The translations under genes were made by a program, and so were the position numbers. The notes under the pieces are model-generated. The model did no database searches and was not told the origin of the DNA. It saw only the letters and a list, made by a program, of their open reading frames with translations. Positions 21,621-32,461 of a stretch of DNA of 64,000 nucleotides are shown here, one piece after another (position 1 is the first letter of the stretch; every line of letters begins with the position of its first letter). The DNA comes from an uncultured Candidatus Saccharibacteria bacterium (GTDB lineage Bacteria; Patescibacteriota; UBA1384; DTJR01). Where the stretch lies: positions 72,983-136,982 of the forward strand of contig CAZAOT010000003.1 of NCBI GenBank assembly GCA_964487045.1, read 5' to 3'.

Positions 21621-23942
21621 CTATTTAGATTCAATAAATATTGGTGATTGAGTGATGTTTATTGATTTTGAATTGGCTTCTTTTATGTTGCCTAGCTTGT
21701 CGGTTATTGTAACTAGTCCGCTTAAAACGCTGGATAGATCGATATCTGTAGAACAAGTTCGATCTTCATATCTCCATGCTTTGTTGATCTCGTTGTGAGC
21801 ATCGCTGTCTGTTGGGTTTTTAACATTCCAATACGGTTCACACCAAGCAGAGTATTTTTTCTTACCATCGTTGTCGGTAATTTTTATGATAAATAACGGG
21901 TTAACTTCCTCGTGGTTATTTGCAGGTTTCTGGATAAATTCAATTTTTGAAGCATATTTTATATTATTAGCTAAGATCCTATATGCATCAAATGATAACT
22001 TTTTCTGATAACCGTTATTTTGAATCGAATATATACCTTTTAGGAGGTGGTGGCATAATGAATTCTGATTGTTGATTTCGTAATATCCTTCGGAATTTGT
22101 TTGAGATGGGCACGTTCTTTCTTGTATTGTGTCAGCAGAACTATTGCGATATCCATTCCATGATAATCCGCTTATCCCAAGCGATGAAATTGTTAAAAAT
22201 CTTTTAATTAGATCATCTGATTGAAAATTTTGCGAAAATGTCATCGAAAAACCAGTTGCTACACCATTATTATCATCGATATATTTACTATCGCTTGGAG
22301 ACCCGATTTCTGTAGCGAATATTGGCTTATTGCAATTATTTCTTCCTGAGCAAAGGGTGTCGTAAATTTCCATATTTTTCTGCGTTCTATCCCAATATTG
22401 TGTATAGCCCATGAATCTATTTGGATGAAGGTTGATATGAAATTCATGAGCATCGACAAAGTTATTGTATGAATTTTGTTTTAATACTTCGAAATATGAA
22501 AGGTTATTCATACTAGTCTTGTCCGGGTTCATAAATCCGGCGCTTACCACCCGACAGTCACTGCACATTTTTTTGACAACTGAGCGCAGGCCCTGGCTGA
22601 GATCATAAGCTACTCCTTCATAAATGACTTGCTCTCCCTCCAGGCTAGCTAGTATATTTCCTTGAGTATCTTTGTATGAGCCTGTAGTGATAAGCGAAAG
22701 TGCTTCTGCCGGTATGCCAAAGGCGCTGTCGGAATTAAAGTTGCCATCGGGTTCGTTCCATATTTGCCAATACTTGATGCTATCTTTATATAAATTAAGT
22801 CTAGGTAAAACCATTCCCTTAAAATAATGCTCTCTTACTAATGCCTCTAACTTATTCCAGTCGGCGTTTGCTGGTCGAGTGTTGATATTCCCGTTTGGAG
22901 AATACCCACTATATAGCCTAATATCTTGCCTAACCTTGTCGTAATGTGTATATTTTTGTCCTGAACTGTCCAGAATATCGCTACCCCTATCGGTTTGAAT
23001 TGTAATTCGAGGGAGGAAGTTTCCCATCAAAATCCGTCCATCTCGTTTAAAATTTTGGGCGGCAGCTAGGTCATTATTTCTTTCTGATCTTTTTTCGTCA
23101 AAGTTGATATATCTTAAAAAATTTACTTGTAGCTCTGAAATGTCGCTAGTGAAATTTGTTCCTTGGGTGTCAGTATTGAGTACGGGGGAAGGGTTGAACC
23201 CAATTAAATATTTACGATTTAAGTATGATTCAGATGCATCTGATATTTCTGTTATTTTTACATTTGGCGTAAAGAAATAAACCCAAACATTAGATGCGCT
23301 AGTCAGTCTCTGAGCGTTATATTCGTTTGCAATTGTAATCTTTTTAAAAACAATTGACTTATTTTCGCTAACTGCGCTGTAAATATTTGAAGAAATTGCT
23401 TTTTGATCAATAAGGGCATCTGCTGAGAAGATATTTCCACTGGATAATTTAAAGCTGGTTTTTTTAAGGAAATCCTGTTTTGTTTCTGGCTTAGAGGGAG
23501 AAACTATATGCCAACCAGGTCGATAGTTACTCTGAATATTAGATAGAGTTGTTTTATTTATCTTTGGAAAAGTCCGACCAGAATTTTTATTATATGTTAG
23601 ATATGAGAGTTTAGGATTTAGGCCAATATCTGAGATACAGGGCATCTCCTGAACTACGGCATAACCCTGGCAGTTATTTGATAGATAAGTCCACCCGGTG
23701 TTGTTAGTATTTGGATCGTTGTAAGTGTATATTAAAACGCCTGAATCAAGAACCTCTCTTTGCGTAATAGAATTTAGATCCTGCCCGTTTATCACGCTCC
23801 ACCCAGGTGGAATAGATACAGAGTTGGAGTCTGAATCAGCAAAGATATTGTTTTTTAACAAGAAATGAATCCCGATTAAAAGAATTAGGACGACAGAAGC
23901 CAATAAAACCGATTTCCTAAAAATTTTCTTTTTAACTATCAC
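21621..23942 (-). CDS. signal-anchored protein with putative glycoside-hydrolase (TIM-barrel, NEP motif) domain
   Basis: N-terminal anchor. YWQIWNEPDG resembles the acid/base motif of clan GH-A enzymes. The rest is unassigned. Confidence 0.5.
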   Translation of the reverse strand: MIVKKKIFRKSVLLASVVLILLIGIHFLLKNNIFADSDSNSVSIPPGWSVINGQDLNSITQREVLDSGVLIYTYNDPNTNNTGWTYLSNNCQGYAVVQEMPCISDIGLNPKLSYLTYNKNSGRTFPKINKTTLSNIQSNYRPGWHIVSPSKPETKQDFLKKTSFKLSSGNIFSADALIDQKAISSNIYSAVSENKSIVFKKITIANEYNAQRLTSASNVWVYFFTPNVKITEISDASESYLNRKYLIGFNPSPVLNTDTQGTNFTSDISELQVNFLRYINFDEKRSERNNDLAAAQNFKRDGRILMGNFLPRITIQTDRGSDILDSSGQKYTHYDKVRQDIRLYSGYSPNGNINTRPANADWNKLEALVREHYFKGMVLPRLNLYKDSIKYWQIWNEPDGNFNSDSAFGIPAEALSLITTGSYKDTQGNILASLEGEQVIYEGVAYDLSQGLRSVVKKMCSDCRVVSAGFMNPDKTSMNNLSYFEVLKQNSYNNFVDAHEFHINLHPNRFMGYTQYWDRTQKNMEIYDTLCSGRNNCNKPIFATEIGSPSDSKYIDDNNGVATGFSMTFSQNFQSDDLIKRFLTISSLGISGLSWNGYRNSSADTIQERTCPSQTNSEGYYEINNQNSLCHHLLKGIYSIQNNGYQKKLSFDAYRILANNIKYASKIEFIQKPANNHEEVNPLFIIKITDNDGKKKYSAWCEPYWNVKNPTDSDAHNEINKAWRYEDRTCSTDIDLSSVLSGLVTITDKLGNIKEANSKSINITQSPIFIESK

Positions 23943-23966
23943 TTATCTAATAGTAACAGACTAGAT

Positions 23967-24599
23967 TTATCTCTGCCACCAAGATGATTTCTTTTGTTTA
24001 TCGAGATCTTTGAGCTTTTGCCATAAATCTTTTTGTTCTTTAGTAAGACGCTCTGGGAAACGGATTCTAATAATTATAATTAAATCACCTTTCTGACCAT
24101 TTCTGGTTGCTCGTCCTTTTTCTTTGATTCGGTATTGTGTTCCGTCTTGAGTCCCAGGATGTATCTGGAGGGTGATTTTCTCGTCCCCTACTTGAAGGTC
24201 GAATTCATCTCCAAGTACAGCTTGGGCAGGAGAGATTTCAACTTCTGCTTGTACGGTAGCGAAAGCATTTGAAAAAAAGTCTCCGAAAATGTCGCCTAAG
24301 CCACCCATATTGCCAAAATTGAATTCAAAACCTTCACCGCCAAAGTCATAACCACCAGATTGATAACCACTAAATCCGCCTTGGCCGCCGCTACCAGAGA
24401 AGCCACTTTGGCCAAAACGATCATATTGGGCTCTTTTTTGGGGATCGGAAAGAACCTGGTATGCTTCGTTAATTTTTTTAAATTCGGCCTCATCGCCTCC
24501 TTTATCCGGATGATGCTTCAAAGCAAGCTTTCGATAAGCTTTTTTTATCTCGTCTGCGGAGGCGTTTTTGTCTATGCCGAGTAGTTTGTAGTAATCCAT
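23967..24599 (-). CDS. J-domain co-chaperone (short DnaJ/CbpA-like, no zinc finger)
   Basis: YYKLLGI...[14 protein letters not shown] is followed by a G/F-rich region. The Cys-rich domain is absent. Confidence 0.88.
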   Translation of the reverse strand: MDYYKLLGIDKNASADEIKKAYRKLALKHHPDKGGDEAEFKKINEAYQVLSDPQKRAQYDRFGQSGFSGSGGQGGFSGYQSGGYDFGGEGFEFNFGNMGGLGDIFGDFFSNAFATVQAEVEISPAQAVLGDEFDLQVGDEKITLQIHPGTQDGTQYRIKEKGRATRNGQKGDLIIIIRIRFPERLTKEQKDLWQKLKDLDKQKKSSWWQR

Positions 24600-24708
24600 T
24601 TTTATATTATTTTTGGGTGTTAAAATTAATTAATCCGCATCTGCGGATAACCTACTGCCAAAGCTAATTTTACCTATTTAGGAGCGGGATGTAAAGAGGG
24701 CTTTACTT

Positions 24709-25512
24709 TTAGAACATATCTTCTTGACGGGTAGGGGTCTCGCTTAGCAACGCCTGAGCAGTTGAAGTTGCAGTGGCCTGAGCATTGGCCGCTACTGATC
24801 CAGAAACTGATGGCTGAGTGTTTAGAATCTCATTAGCAGCGGTATTTCCGGCATTATCGATAACATTTATGCTCCAGCCAGTATCCATAGGATAAAGCTT
24901 AGTCTGAGCAATTATTCCAGGATCGATGAGTTTAAATTTCTCAGTCTGAGTAAATTGCTCATAAGCTGCTGAGAATAGATTTAAGCTACCCGTTTGGTTT
25001 GTCTGACACTTAAGATCGGATGCAATGTCACGTCTAGCGATAAAACTTCTAGTTTTTTTAACCGAACCATAGGAATTAAGTTCAACTAACCAATAATAAT
25101 CCTTAGAAAAATCGTCGTTATAGAATAGGAAACCCTGAATATTCTGGCTTGTTAATTGTGCGCCGTAGAATGTAATAATCGTTCCACAATATTTTGCTCC
25201 ACCCTTTAAAGCTCTCTGCGCGTCTTCTAGGGCTAATTGATAATTTGTCTTGTAAGTATCGTCAATTTGAGTCTTCTCTTCGACAAAACTATCAATTTGC
25301 TGATAGCTTTTAGGCTGACTAGAATTCTGATTGCTTGCATTAGAAACGGAGGAGCTTGTCGCCGTTGCCGCCAGGCTGCCGGCTGCAGCAGGCAGAGCTT
25401 CAGAAGCAATATTAGAACTATTAACCTTGGACGTCGTATCTGATTTTTTAGTGCAGGCGCTCAAAGAAAGCGATATCACTACTACAGCAAAAACAAACAC
25501 AAATTTTTTCAT
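24709..25512 (-). CDS. lipoprotein, unknown function
   Basis: Lipobox LSLSAC, followed by a Ser/Ala-rich linker. Confidence 0.65.
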   Translation of the reverse strand: MKKFVFVFAVVVISLSLSACTKKSDTTSKVNSSNIASEALPAAAGSLAATATSSSVSNASNQNSSQPKSYQQIDSFVEEKTQIDDTYKTNYQLALEDAQRALKGGAKYCGTIITFYGAQLTSQNIQGFLFYNDDFSKDYYWLVELNSYGSVKKTRSFIARRDIASDLKCQTNQTGSLNLFSAAYEQFTQTEKFKLIDPGIIAQTKLYPMDTGWSINVIDNAGNTAANEILNTQPSVSGSVAANAQATATSTAQALLSETPTRQEDMF

Positions 25513-25613
25513 TATTTATATTCTACCAAAAGACCCCGGAACCTGCACACGGCCTGGAAGCGGCTACAACCAGCTCGATAATGCAGGATTCCGGGGTCTT
25601 TCTTTTAAAGAAC

Positions 25614-27512
25614 TTACTTTTCTTCTTTGGTTTCCTCAGTCTTTTCTTCTGCTTTGTCAGATTTTTCCTCTGACTCTTCAGCCTTCTCCTCTGCTTTTTC
25701 TTCAGGAGCAGCGGCTGAGTAAAGCTCTTGCCCAACCTTCTGGATAGTTTCAGAAAGTGCATCTGTTGCCGACTTGATCTTGTCGGACTCTTCGCCCTTC
25801 AAAGCTTCTTTAACTGCTTCAACTTTCTCTTCAACTTCCTTCTTGGTTTCGGCTTTGACTTTATCGCCAGCGTCTTTTAGGGCTTTTTCACTAGAATAGA
25901 CAAGTGTCTCGGCAGTATTTCTAGTTTCTATCTCTTCCCTTTTCTTTTTATCTTCCTCGGCGTGGGTTTCAGCATCTTTGCGCATTTTTTCTACTTCTTC
26001 TTCTGAGAGACCACTTGAAGCGGTAATGGTAATTTTTTGTTCTTTTCCGGTTGCCTTATCCTTGGCCTTAACGTTTAGGATTCCATTTGCGTCTATATCG
26101 AAGCTGACCTCAATTTGTGGTACACCACGAGGTGCTGGGGGAATGCCATCGAGAGTGAATCTTCCTAGAGTCCTATTGTCAGCAGCCATCTCTCTTTCAC
26201 CTTGAAGGACATGGATTTCTACTTGTGGTTGATTGTCAGCTGCAGTAGAAAAGACCTGGCTTTTCGATGTTGGGATGGTTGTATTTCTCTCAATAAGCTT
26301 AGTCATAACTGATCCTAGAGTCTCAATTCCAAGCGATAGAGGAGTGACATCTAGTAGGAGGATATCTTTAACTTCTCCTGCTAAGACTCCACCCTGAATG
26401 GCAGCACCGAGGGCAACTGCTTCGTCTGGGTCAACGCCCTTAGATGGTTCTTTGCCGAATATTTCCTTAACCTTGTCTTGAACTGCTGGCATTCTAGTCA
26501 TACCTCCGACCAAGATTACCTCATCGATATCCTTGGCTTCGACACCGGCATCTTTCATTGCTTTCTGGCAAGGTTTGGTGGTTTTTTCAATGAGGTCGCC
26601 AACTAGAGAAAGAAGCTTGGCTCTATTGATAGTCATGACCAAATGTTTTGGTCCAGAAGCGTCAGCGGTGATAAATGGAAGGTTTATTTCGGCTTCTTGC
26701 TTGCTTGAAAGCTCAATCTTGGCTTTTTCGGCTGCTTCTCTGATTCTTTGAAGTGATGCGGCATCAGCTGTTAGGTCGACACCTTGATCTTTTTTGAACT
26801 CATCAACAATGAAGTCCATAATCTTTTGGTCAAAGTCATCTCCTCCTAAGTGAGTGTCTCCGTTAGTTGCTTTGACTTCTAGGACATCGCCGCCAACTTC
26901 TAGAATAGTGATATCGAAAGTTCCGCCTCCAAGGTCGAAGACAGCTACTTTACCTTCTTGTTTCTTATCAAGTCCATATGCAAGAGCTGCAGCAGTTGGT
27001 TCGTTTATAATTCTCTTTACATCAAAACCAGCAATTTTACCTGCATCTTTGGTAGCTTGACGCTGAGAGTCATTGAAATAGGCCGGTACGGTGATAACTG
27101 CTTCTGTTACCGCCTCACCCAAGTAGTCCTCTGCGTCCTTTTTAATTTTTTGCAAAATAAAGGCTGAGACCTCCTGAGGTGAATAGTCCTTACCAGCAAT
27201 TTTTACTTCAACCGAATTGTTCTTGCCTTCTACGATTTCATAAGGCATTAATTTTTTGTCTCTTGTCACCTCTTCGTCGTCAAAACGTCGTCCGATCAAA
27301 CGCTTGACCGAAGACACGGTGTTTTTTGGGTTGGTAACTGCTTGGCGCTTAGCTAGTTGGCCAACCAGTCTTTCTCCCGACTTAGTTTCCGCGACCATAG
27401 AAGGAACCAGCTTCCCGCCTTCTGCTGATGGCATGAGCTTGGGCTTTCCGCCTTCGATAACAGCGGCAGCCGAGTTGGTCGTTCCGAGGTCGATTCCGAT
27501 TATTTTACCCAT
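25614..27512 (-). CDS. dnaK: molecular chaperone DnaK (Hsp70)
   Basis: [17 protein letters not shown] and the other Hsp70 signatures. ATG at 27512 follows AAAGGAAG. The track start at 27560 adds 16 unlikely residues. Confidence 0.97.
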   Translation of the reverse strand: MGKIIGIDLGTTNSAAAVIEGGKPKLMPSAEGGKLVPSMVAETKSGERLVGQLAKRQAVTNPKNTVSSVKRLIGRRFDDEEVTRDKKLMPYEIVEGKNNSVEVKIAGKDYSPQEVSAFILQKIKKDAEDYLGEAVTEAVITVPAYFNDSQRQATKDAGKIAGFDVKRIINEPTAAALAYGLDKKQEGKVAVFDLGGGTFDITILEVGGDVLEVKATNGDTHLGGDDFDQKIMDFIVDEFKKDQGVDLTADAASLQRIREAAEKAKIELSSKQEAEINLPFITADASGPKHLVMTINRAKLLSLVGDLIEKTTKPCQKAMKDAGVEAKDIDEVILVGGMTRMPAVQDKVKEIFGKEPSKGVDPDEAVALGAAIQGGVLAGEVKDILLLDVTPLSLGIETLGSVMTKLIERNTTIPTSKSQVFSTAADNQPQVEIHVLQGEREMAADNRTLGRFTLDGIPPAPRGVPQIEVSFDIDANGILNVKAKDKATGKEQKITITASSGLSEEEVEKMRKDAETHAEEDKKKREEIETRNTAETLVYSSEKALKDAGDKVKAETKKEVEEKVEAVKEALKGEESDKIKSATDALSETIQKVGQELYSAAAPEEKAEEKAEESEEKSDKAEEKTEETKEEK

Positions 27513-27639
27513 ATTGCTTCCTTTCTTCGCTTTAGGATTAGGTTTGCGCTGCTTATGCAACCCACCTATAAATTTTTATTAACTAAAATAATTGTAAAGT
27601 AGACTTTACATTTTGTCAAGAGTCAGTTACTTAATAGGT

Positions 27640-28551
27640 TTAAATTCTTTCGAGTTCAATTGAACTAGCACCAGCTTTGATGGTAAGTTCAATTTTTTTA
27701 CTAGATGAGTCAAAATTGTCAGAAGTATAATCGTCACCCGACTTCTTTAGTCCAACTTCAGTGAAATTATTAGAGCTGGCACCAGATTTTGAGTTTACTT
27801 TAAGCCCAGAGGACTTTGGCACTTTGATTTTAAGAGAGCTTGCTCCAATATCAAACTGACCAGAAAGCTTATCTAGCTTATCGCCAAGCCTAATATTGTA
27901 TGAAGATACTCCGCTTTTTACGATCAGATTTTCCAGATTTACTTCTTGAAGTTCAAGATTTCCGTCGACCGCTCCAGTGTTTAGCTCGAGGGAGGTTCGC
28001 AATGACTTATTAAGGCTTAGTTGCCAATCATTTTTAATTCGATTAAAGAAGCTAATTCTATTTGATGAAGTGCTAAGCTCAATATTTTCTTCGCCATCAC
28101 TAATACTTCGATTAACGTCAACAGGAAAATTTCCATCGATAGTTCCACTGATCAGTTGATCGGAATCTCCATCAATGTTTAATTTTGCCGCTCCTGTTTT
28201 GATGGTTACCTTGGCGCTTTTGGACTGATCGGAGGCACTTTCATCAATATATTGGGTAGCTGAAGCTTGGTTGTAAGTAGATGAATTCTTATCAAAGGAG
28301 TAATTGCCGGAAGTAATGACCCAAGCAAGTCCAGCGATAATCATAATTACTACAACAATATTTAAGATGATTTGACCAATAGTTGAGAGGGATTTAGAGA
28401 TTATTGAGAGTCCGGCAACAATTAAGATAAGTGGCCAAAGCTTCCAGATACTAGCCCAAATTGTTGGACTCAAAACGCCATAATTTATAAGCAGGAAGAT
28501 CAGTCCTATGAAGATGACTATTAGGCCCCAAATTAATTTGCCTATGTTCAT
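27640..28551 (-). CDS. membrane protein with beta-rich C-terminal domain (LiaF/DUF4097 toastrack-like)
   Basis: Three N-terminal TM helices, then a repetitive Ser/Asn/Gly beta-strand region. It overlaps the PspC gene by 4 nt. Confidence 0.55.
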   Translation of the reverse strand: MNIGKLIWGLIVIFIGLIFLLINYGVLSPTIWASIWKLWPLILIVAGLSIISKSLSTIGQIILNIVVVIMIIAGLAWVITSGNYSFDKNSSTYNQASATQYIDESASDQSKSAKVTIKTGAAKLNIDGDSDQLISGTIDGNFPVDVNRSISDGEENIELSTSSNRISFFNRIKNDWQLSLNKSLRTSLELNTGAVDGNLELQEVNLENLIVKSGVSSYNIRLGDKLDKLSGQFDIGASSLKIKVPKSSGLKVNSKSGASSNNFTEVGLKKSGDDYTSDNFDSSSKKIELTIKAGASSIELERI

Positions 28552-29015
28552 TTCTTCTCCTTTTTTGATTTTTCTTCTATTTTTTTATTAGGTGACTTTG
28601 ACAAGATTGCGATTCCTACGGCGATGATAATTAGAGGCCAGAGTTTATCAAACCCCACGTGCCAGAAAGGAAAGAATTCTTGAAGAAGAAACGAAACACC
28701 AAGCAAGATGATAATTAATCCGCCCACTAGCCTAAAATTGTTTGTTCCCGAAGCTTCTTTGAGCTCGGAAGCCATTTTGTCGGCACCTGATTTAATATTT
28801 TCACCGACTTCTTTGGATCTTTTTTCTCCTTTTTCAGGAATTAGGATCCACATAACTAGGTAGACGACGACTCCGCTAGCACCAAATACGGCAAGCAAAA
28901 TAAAAATTAATCTAAATACTATCGGGTCGATCTCAAAATATTCACCAAGTCCGCCACAAACACCTCCAATTACTCGGTCAGTGCTTGATCGATAAAGTTT
29001 TTTATCTTCCTGCAT
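28548..29015 (-). CDS. PspC-domain membrane protein
   Basis: RVIGGVCGGLGEYFEIDPIVFRLIFIL is the PspC signature. Confidence 0.88.
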   Translation of the reverse strand: MQEDKKLYRSSTDRVIGGVCGGLGEYFEIDPIVFRLIFILLAVFGASGVVVYLVMWILIPEKGEKRSKEVGENIKSGADKMASELKEASGTNNFRLVGGLIIILLGVSFLLQEFFPFWHVGFDKLWPLIIIAVGIAILSKSPNKKIEEKSKKEKK

Positions 29016-29023
29016 ATTGTTCC

Positions 29024-29485
29024 TTATTTTTTGCCCGAGGATGTTATCACCTGGGCTGCTCTTATAATTTTATCGCCAATTTTATAGCCTGGCTTTTGAA
29101 TTCTTACAATTGATTCTTCTGGTAAATCAGATGGTTCGACAGCAATTGCCTCGTGGTTATTTGGGTCAAAGGCAGAGCCAATCTCGGGTGCTATCTTTAC
29201 AATATTCTGGTCCGATAGAGTCGTTTCAATTTGACCCACTATGATATCGACACCTTTAACCCACCCGTTTTCTTTGAGCTCTTCAGGGGTATGGTGGGTC
29301 ATCAAGGTCAGATTGTCGAGAAGTGGAATAATCTGCGAAAGCAAATCGATCTTGGCTTGGTCGGTCCAGTTTTTTTTATCAGACTCGGTTCTTTTTTTGT
29401 AATTTTCAAAATCAGCAGAGACTCTTAAGTAAAGCTTCTGAAAATCATCTTGTTTAATATCTTGAGATTTTTTTGTTTTTTCCAT
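29024..29485 (-). CDS. grpE: nucleotide exchange factor GrpE
   Basis: DFENYKKRTE motif, with size and position next to dnaK. Confidence 0.88.
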   Translation of the reverse strand: MEKTKKSQDIKQDDFQKLYLRVSADFENYKKRTESDKKNWTDQAKIDLLSQIIPLLDNLTLMTHHTPEELKENGWVKGVDIIVGQIETTLSDQNIVKIAPEIGSAFDPNNHEAIAVEPSDLPEESIVRIQKPGYKIGDKIIRAAQVITSSGKK

Positions 29486-29540
29486 GCTTATTACCTCGAC
29501 AGAAATACTAGCATATTAACAAAAAAAAGAAAGTTTCGAA

Positions 29541-30113
29541 CTAGAGAATTTGAAGATCGCCAGGAGTTACAATTGTGCCAGTTTGAGTAGTATCAGCCGC
29601 AGGTGTTTGTGTGGTAGTAGGCGATTCATATACAATAGATTCTTCTGCAACAGGTGTAGTGTAGCTGTCAGCACTGTTACCTGGTTCTGTAGAAGGTTCG
29701 CCCAAGTTGAGTTCGAATTCGGCGGTTTCATTTACTTGATCGTTTATAAAATTAACTTCGACAGGAGAGCCAGAAAGTTCATTGTTGGCCGAATAAAGAG
29801 TTACCCTATACTGCCCTTGAGGAATTTTTCTGATATACCACTCTACTGTGTTTAGTCCAGCTGTTTCGAAGGTAAAACTACGATTTTTAAAATAATAATT
29901 AGCTCCTCCATTTACAGGAGTAAATCTAATCGCGAAGGGGATGCTTCTGGCGTCTGGAACGGTGACGTTTAGTCCGACATGAGCGGTAGCGTAGCCGGGT
30001 AAGATAGTATCTGCTTGAATTTTTGACTGATAGGCAAAATAGCCCAAGGCTAGCACTCCGATCGCAAGTAAGCCGGCAATTGAAAGATTAGATATTTTCT
30101 TAATATTTTTCAT
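29541..30113 (-). CDS. signal-anchored secreted protein, Thr/Pro-rich C-terminus
   Basis: N-terminal anchor, a beta-rich domain, and a TTPVAEE...TTTQTPAADTTQT tail. Confidence 0.55.
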   Translation of the reverse strand: MKNIKKISNLSIAGLLAIGVLALGYFAYQSKIQADTILPGYATAHVGLNVTVPDARSIPFAIRFTPVNGGANYYFKNRSFTFETAGLNTVEWYIRKIPQGQYRVTLYSANNELSGSPVEVNFINDQVNETAEFELNLGEPSTEPGNSADSYTTPVAEESIVYESPTTTQTPAADTTQTGTIVTPGDLQIL

Positions 30114-30137
30114 AAATACTGCTTATAATTATAGTAA

Positions 30138-31556
30138 ATGAAAAAAGGTTTAGCGTCAAAGCTTAATCTATTGGCGCACCCTACTTATTTGTTGATCTTT
30201 TTGACTCTAGGGTTGATTGTCAGTGTAAATTTACCCTTATGGCTAATTTATTTATCTTTTTACCTCACTTTTATTGGCATTTTGTTGGTTCTATTTAAAA
30301 TTAAAAGTGGTGCTTGTTTAGTTTTTCTTGGTTTTGGAATTTTGATCGGAAGCTATCATTTATATAGTGTCGATCATCCCCTTCCAAGCGGTTGTGATGA
30401 TGCGAAAGTTCTTTCAAGGGCAAAGAAATTTAAGACAGGGTTTGTATATAAAATCAAGGGTTCTAAAGAAGTTCTTCTCTACAGCCAAAGCGATGATTTC
30501 AAGATCGCTGATAAAGTGCGAGTATGTTTTGGTAAGCCACTTTTACTCGAGGCAAGGGATCGCAGATATCTTCTATCTCAACTACATAGCCAAAACCTGA
30601 TGGATGCAAGTGAAATAAAGTTACTTGAGCCGGGCAAGGGGGTGAAGAATTATTTAGAACTTCTTAGCGATAAATTTGCAGGCGATGCTGCAAAACTTTT
30701 CTCGGGAGATCAGGGCACTTTAGCTTATGGTGTGATTTTTGGCGGCGGTGATTTTTCAAAAGAGCTCAAGAATGACTTTAAGCGAAGTGGCACAACTCAC
30801 ATCGTTGCAGTCTCGGGTTACAACGTATCGATTATCACTGCTTGGATGTTTGATTTTCTGCGCCAAATAAGTAAGAATTTTTCGGGAATATTTTCTGTCT
30901 TGGCGCTAGTGGGGTTTTATTTTATTACTGGCGGATCGGCTTCGGTTCTTCGCGCTTCGGTCATGGGAGTGATTATTCTTCTTACTAAATTTATAGGTCG
31001 CAAGGTTTCGCCTCTTCATTTATTAATGCTAGCGGCGAGTTTGATTTTAGCTTTTAATCCTTTTGCTCTTTATGATTGGGGATTTCAACTTTCCTTCTTG
31101 GCAACAGCCGGATTATTTTTTCTTGCACCTGCGATTGAAAGCTTGCTCTCTAGAGTAAAATTCAATAAAAGTTTAATTAAGACTTTTAGCGAAACGATCG
31201 GTGCACAAATTTTTGTCCTGCCGATACTTGTGGCAAATTTTGGTTCATTTTCTATCATCTCGCCACTTACTAATCTTTTGATCCTGCCCCTTATTCCCCT
31301 TTTAATGAGCTTAGTCTTTATTTCACTTATAGGTTTTACCCTCTATCATCCGCTGGGAATATTTTTATCTGGAATAACAAAAATATTATTAGCTTATGTA
31401 ATTTGGATCGTAAAATTAAGTTCACTGCTGCCGTTTGCGAGTCTTAATTATAAACTTGATCCCTTGATCGCTATTCCTTTTGGATATGGCATAATCATAC
31501 TATTAACTTATTACTTAAGAAGAAGATATCTTGTTAAATCAAAACAAAATATTTGA
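30138..31556 (+). CDS. comEC: ComEC/Rec2 DNA-uptake channel, membrane (competence) domain only
   Basis: GTTHIVAVSGYNVSI motif and multiple TM helices. The MBL domain is missing. Confidence 0.82.
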   Translation: MKKGLASKLNLLAHPTYLLIFLTLGLIVSVNLPLWLIYLSFYLTFIGILLVLFKIKSGACLVFLGFGILIGSYHLYSVDHPLPSGCDDAKVLSRAKKFKTGFVYKIKGSKEVLLYSQSDDFKIADKVRVCFGKPLLLEARDRRYLLSQLHSQNLMDASEIKLLEPGKGVKNYLELLSDKFAGDAAKLFSGDQGTLAYGVIFGGGDFSKELKNDFKRSGTTHIVAVSGYNVSIITAWMFDFLRQISKNFSGIFSVLALVGFYFITGGSASVLRASVMGVIILLTKFIGRKVSPLHLLMLAASLILAFNPFALYDWGFQLSFLATAGLFFLAPAIESLLSRVKFNKSLIKTFSETIGAQIFVLPILVANFGSFSIISPLTNLLILPLIPLLMSLVFISLIGFTLYHPLGIFLSGITKILLAYVIWIVKLSSLLPFASLNYKLDPLIAIPFGYGIIILLTYYLRRRYLVKSKQNI

Positions 31557-32394
31557 CTACCTGCTGCTAGCAGTTGTTTTAGTTGGTCTTTTTCTGTATT
31601 CGACAATATATCAAAATGCTCAAGCCAACATTGACCCTGCCTCAGCCAAAATTAGTTTTTTGGATGTCGGCCAAGCGGATTGCGCATTAGTTAATTTGCC
31701 AAATAATAAGCAAATTCTGATCGATGCAGGCAAATCGTCAGACGTTGTCTCGAAAATAAGATCGAGGATGCCGGCCTTTGATTCGGAGATAGAAGCGGTT
31801 TTCTTGAGTCATCCAGATAGTGACCATGTTGGAGGGTTTGTCTCGGTTCTTAATTCTTACAAAGTCGACAAAGTTTATCTGAACACCGATCAATCTGACT
31901 CTAAGACTTTTGACGCGATTTTAGCTGAAATGGATAAGCAAAAAATTTCTCACGAAGTGATCGGCTCTGGACGAGACGTGTATATAGAAGATCTGCGAAT
32001 CAAAACGCTTTGGCCTTCGGAAAATAGTGGTTCCTTAAGTGAAAATAATCGCTCCTTGGTGCTAAAGCTAATGATCAAATCGGGAGTCGCTCTTTTTACG
32101 GGAGATCTCGAGATAGAAGGGCAGAATAAATTAATGAGTGAATATAAGGAAGAAGATCTTTTGGCAGATTTGTATAAAGTTCCACATCACGGAGCCTCTG
32201 GAGCGTGGAATGAAAGCTTTGCCCAGAAGGTTAAACCCAAAAATGCTGTGATTTCGGTAGGTAATAATTCATATGGTCATCCTGGGCAAAGTACAATTAC
32301 GGGACTTGAGAAGATAGGAAGTAAGGTTTATCGCACAGATCAGCTAGGTACGATTGATTTTGTCCTAAGTGAAGCGGGATTTGTGTCAAAATAA
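31531..32394 (+). CDS. ComEC C-terminal MBL-fold domain encoded as separate ORF
   Basis: FLDVGQADC, HPDSDHVGG and VPHHGA motifs. It overlaps the previous ORF by 26 nt in the +1 frame. The start is a TTG. Confidence 0.78.
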   Translation: MLNQNKIFDYLLLAVVLVGLFLYSTIYQNAQANIDPASAKISFLDVGQADCALVNLPNNKQILIDAGKSSDVVSKIRSRMPAFDSEIEAVFLSHPDSDHVGGFVSVLNSYKVDKVYLNTDQSDSKTFDAILAEMDKQKISHEVIGSGRDVYIEDLRIKTLWPSENSGSLSENNRSLVLKLMIKSGVALFTGDLEIEGQNKLMSEYKEEDLLADLYKVPHHGASGAWNESFAQKVKPKNAVISVGNNSYGHPGQSTITGLEKIGSKVYRTDQLGTIDFVLSEAGFVSK

Positions 32395-32398
32395 TACT

Positions 32399-32436
32399 TA
32401 AAAAAGAGGAAAGCCCCCCGCCATGCGGCAGGGGGC
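32399..32436 (-). terminator. intrinsic terminator of cassette 8 (probably bidirectional)
   Basis: GCCCCCCGCC/GGCAGGGGGC stem. TTTCCTCTTTTTT follows on the minus strand. Confidence 0.8.
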
Positions 32437-32461
32437 CTTGTTTCCCGGTGCGATGAAAGTC

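Noticed and set aside
25331-25762. ORFs 25331-25747 (+) and 25523-25762 (-) at the dnaK 3' end
   Set aside because: These are frames through the Lys/Glu-rich low-complexity tail of dnaK and the lipoprotein gene. They have no start signals.
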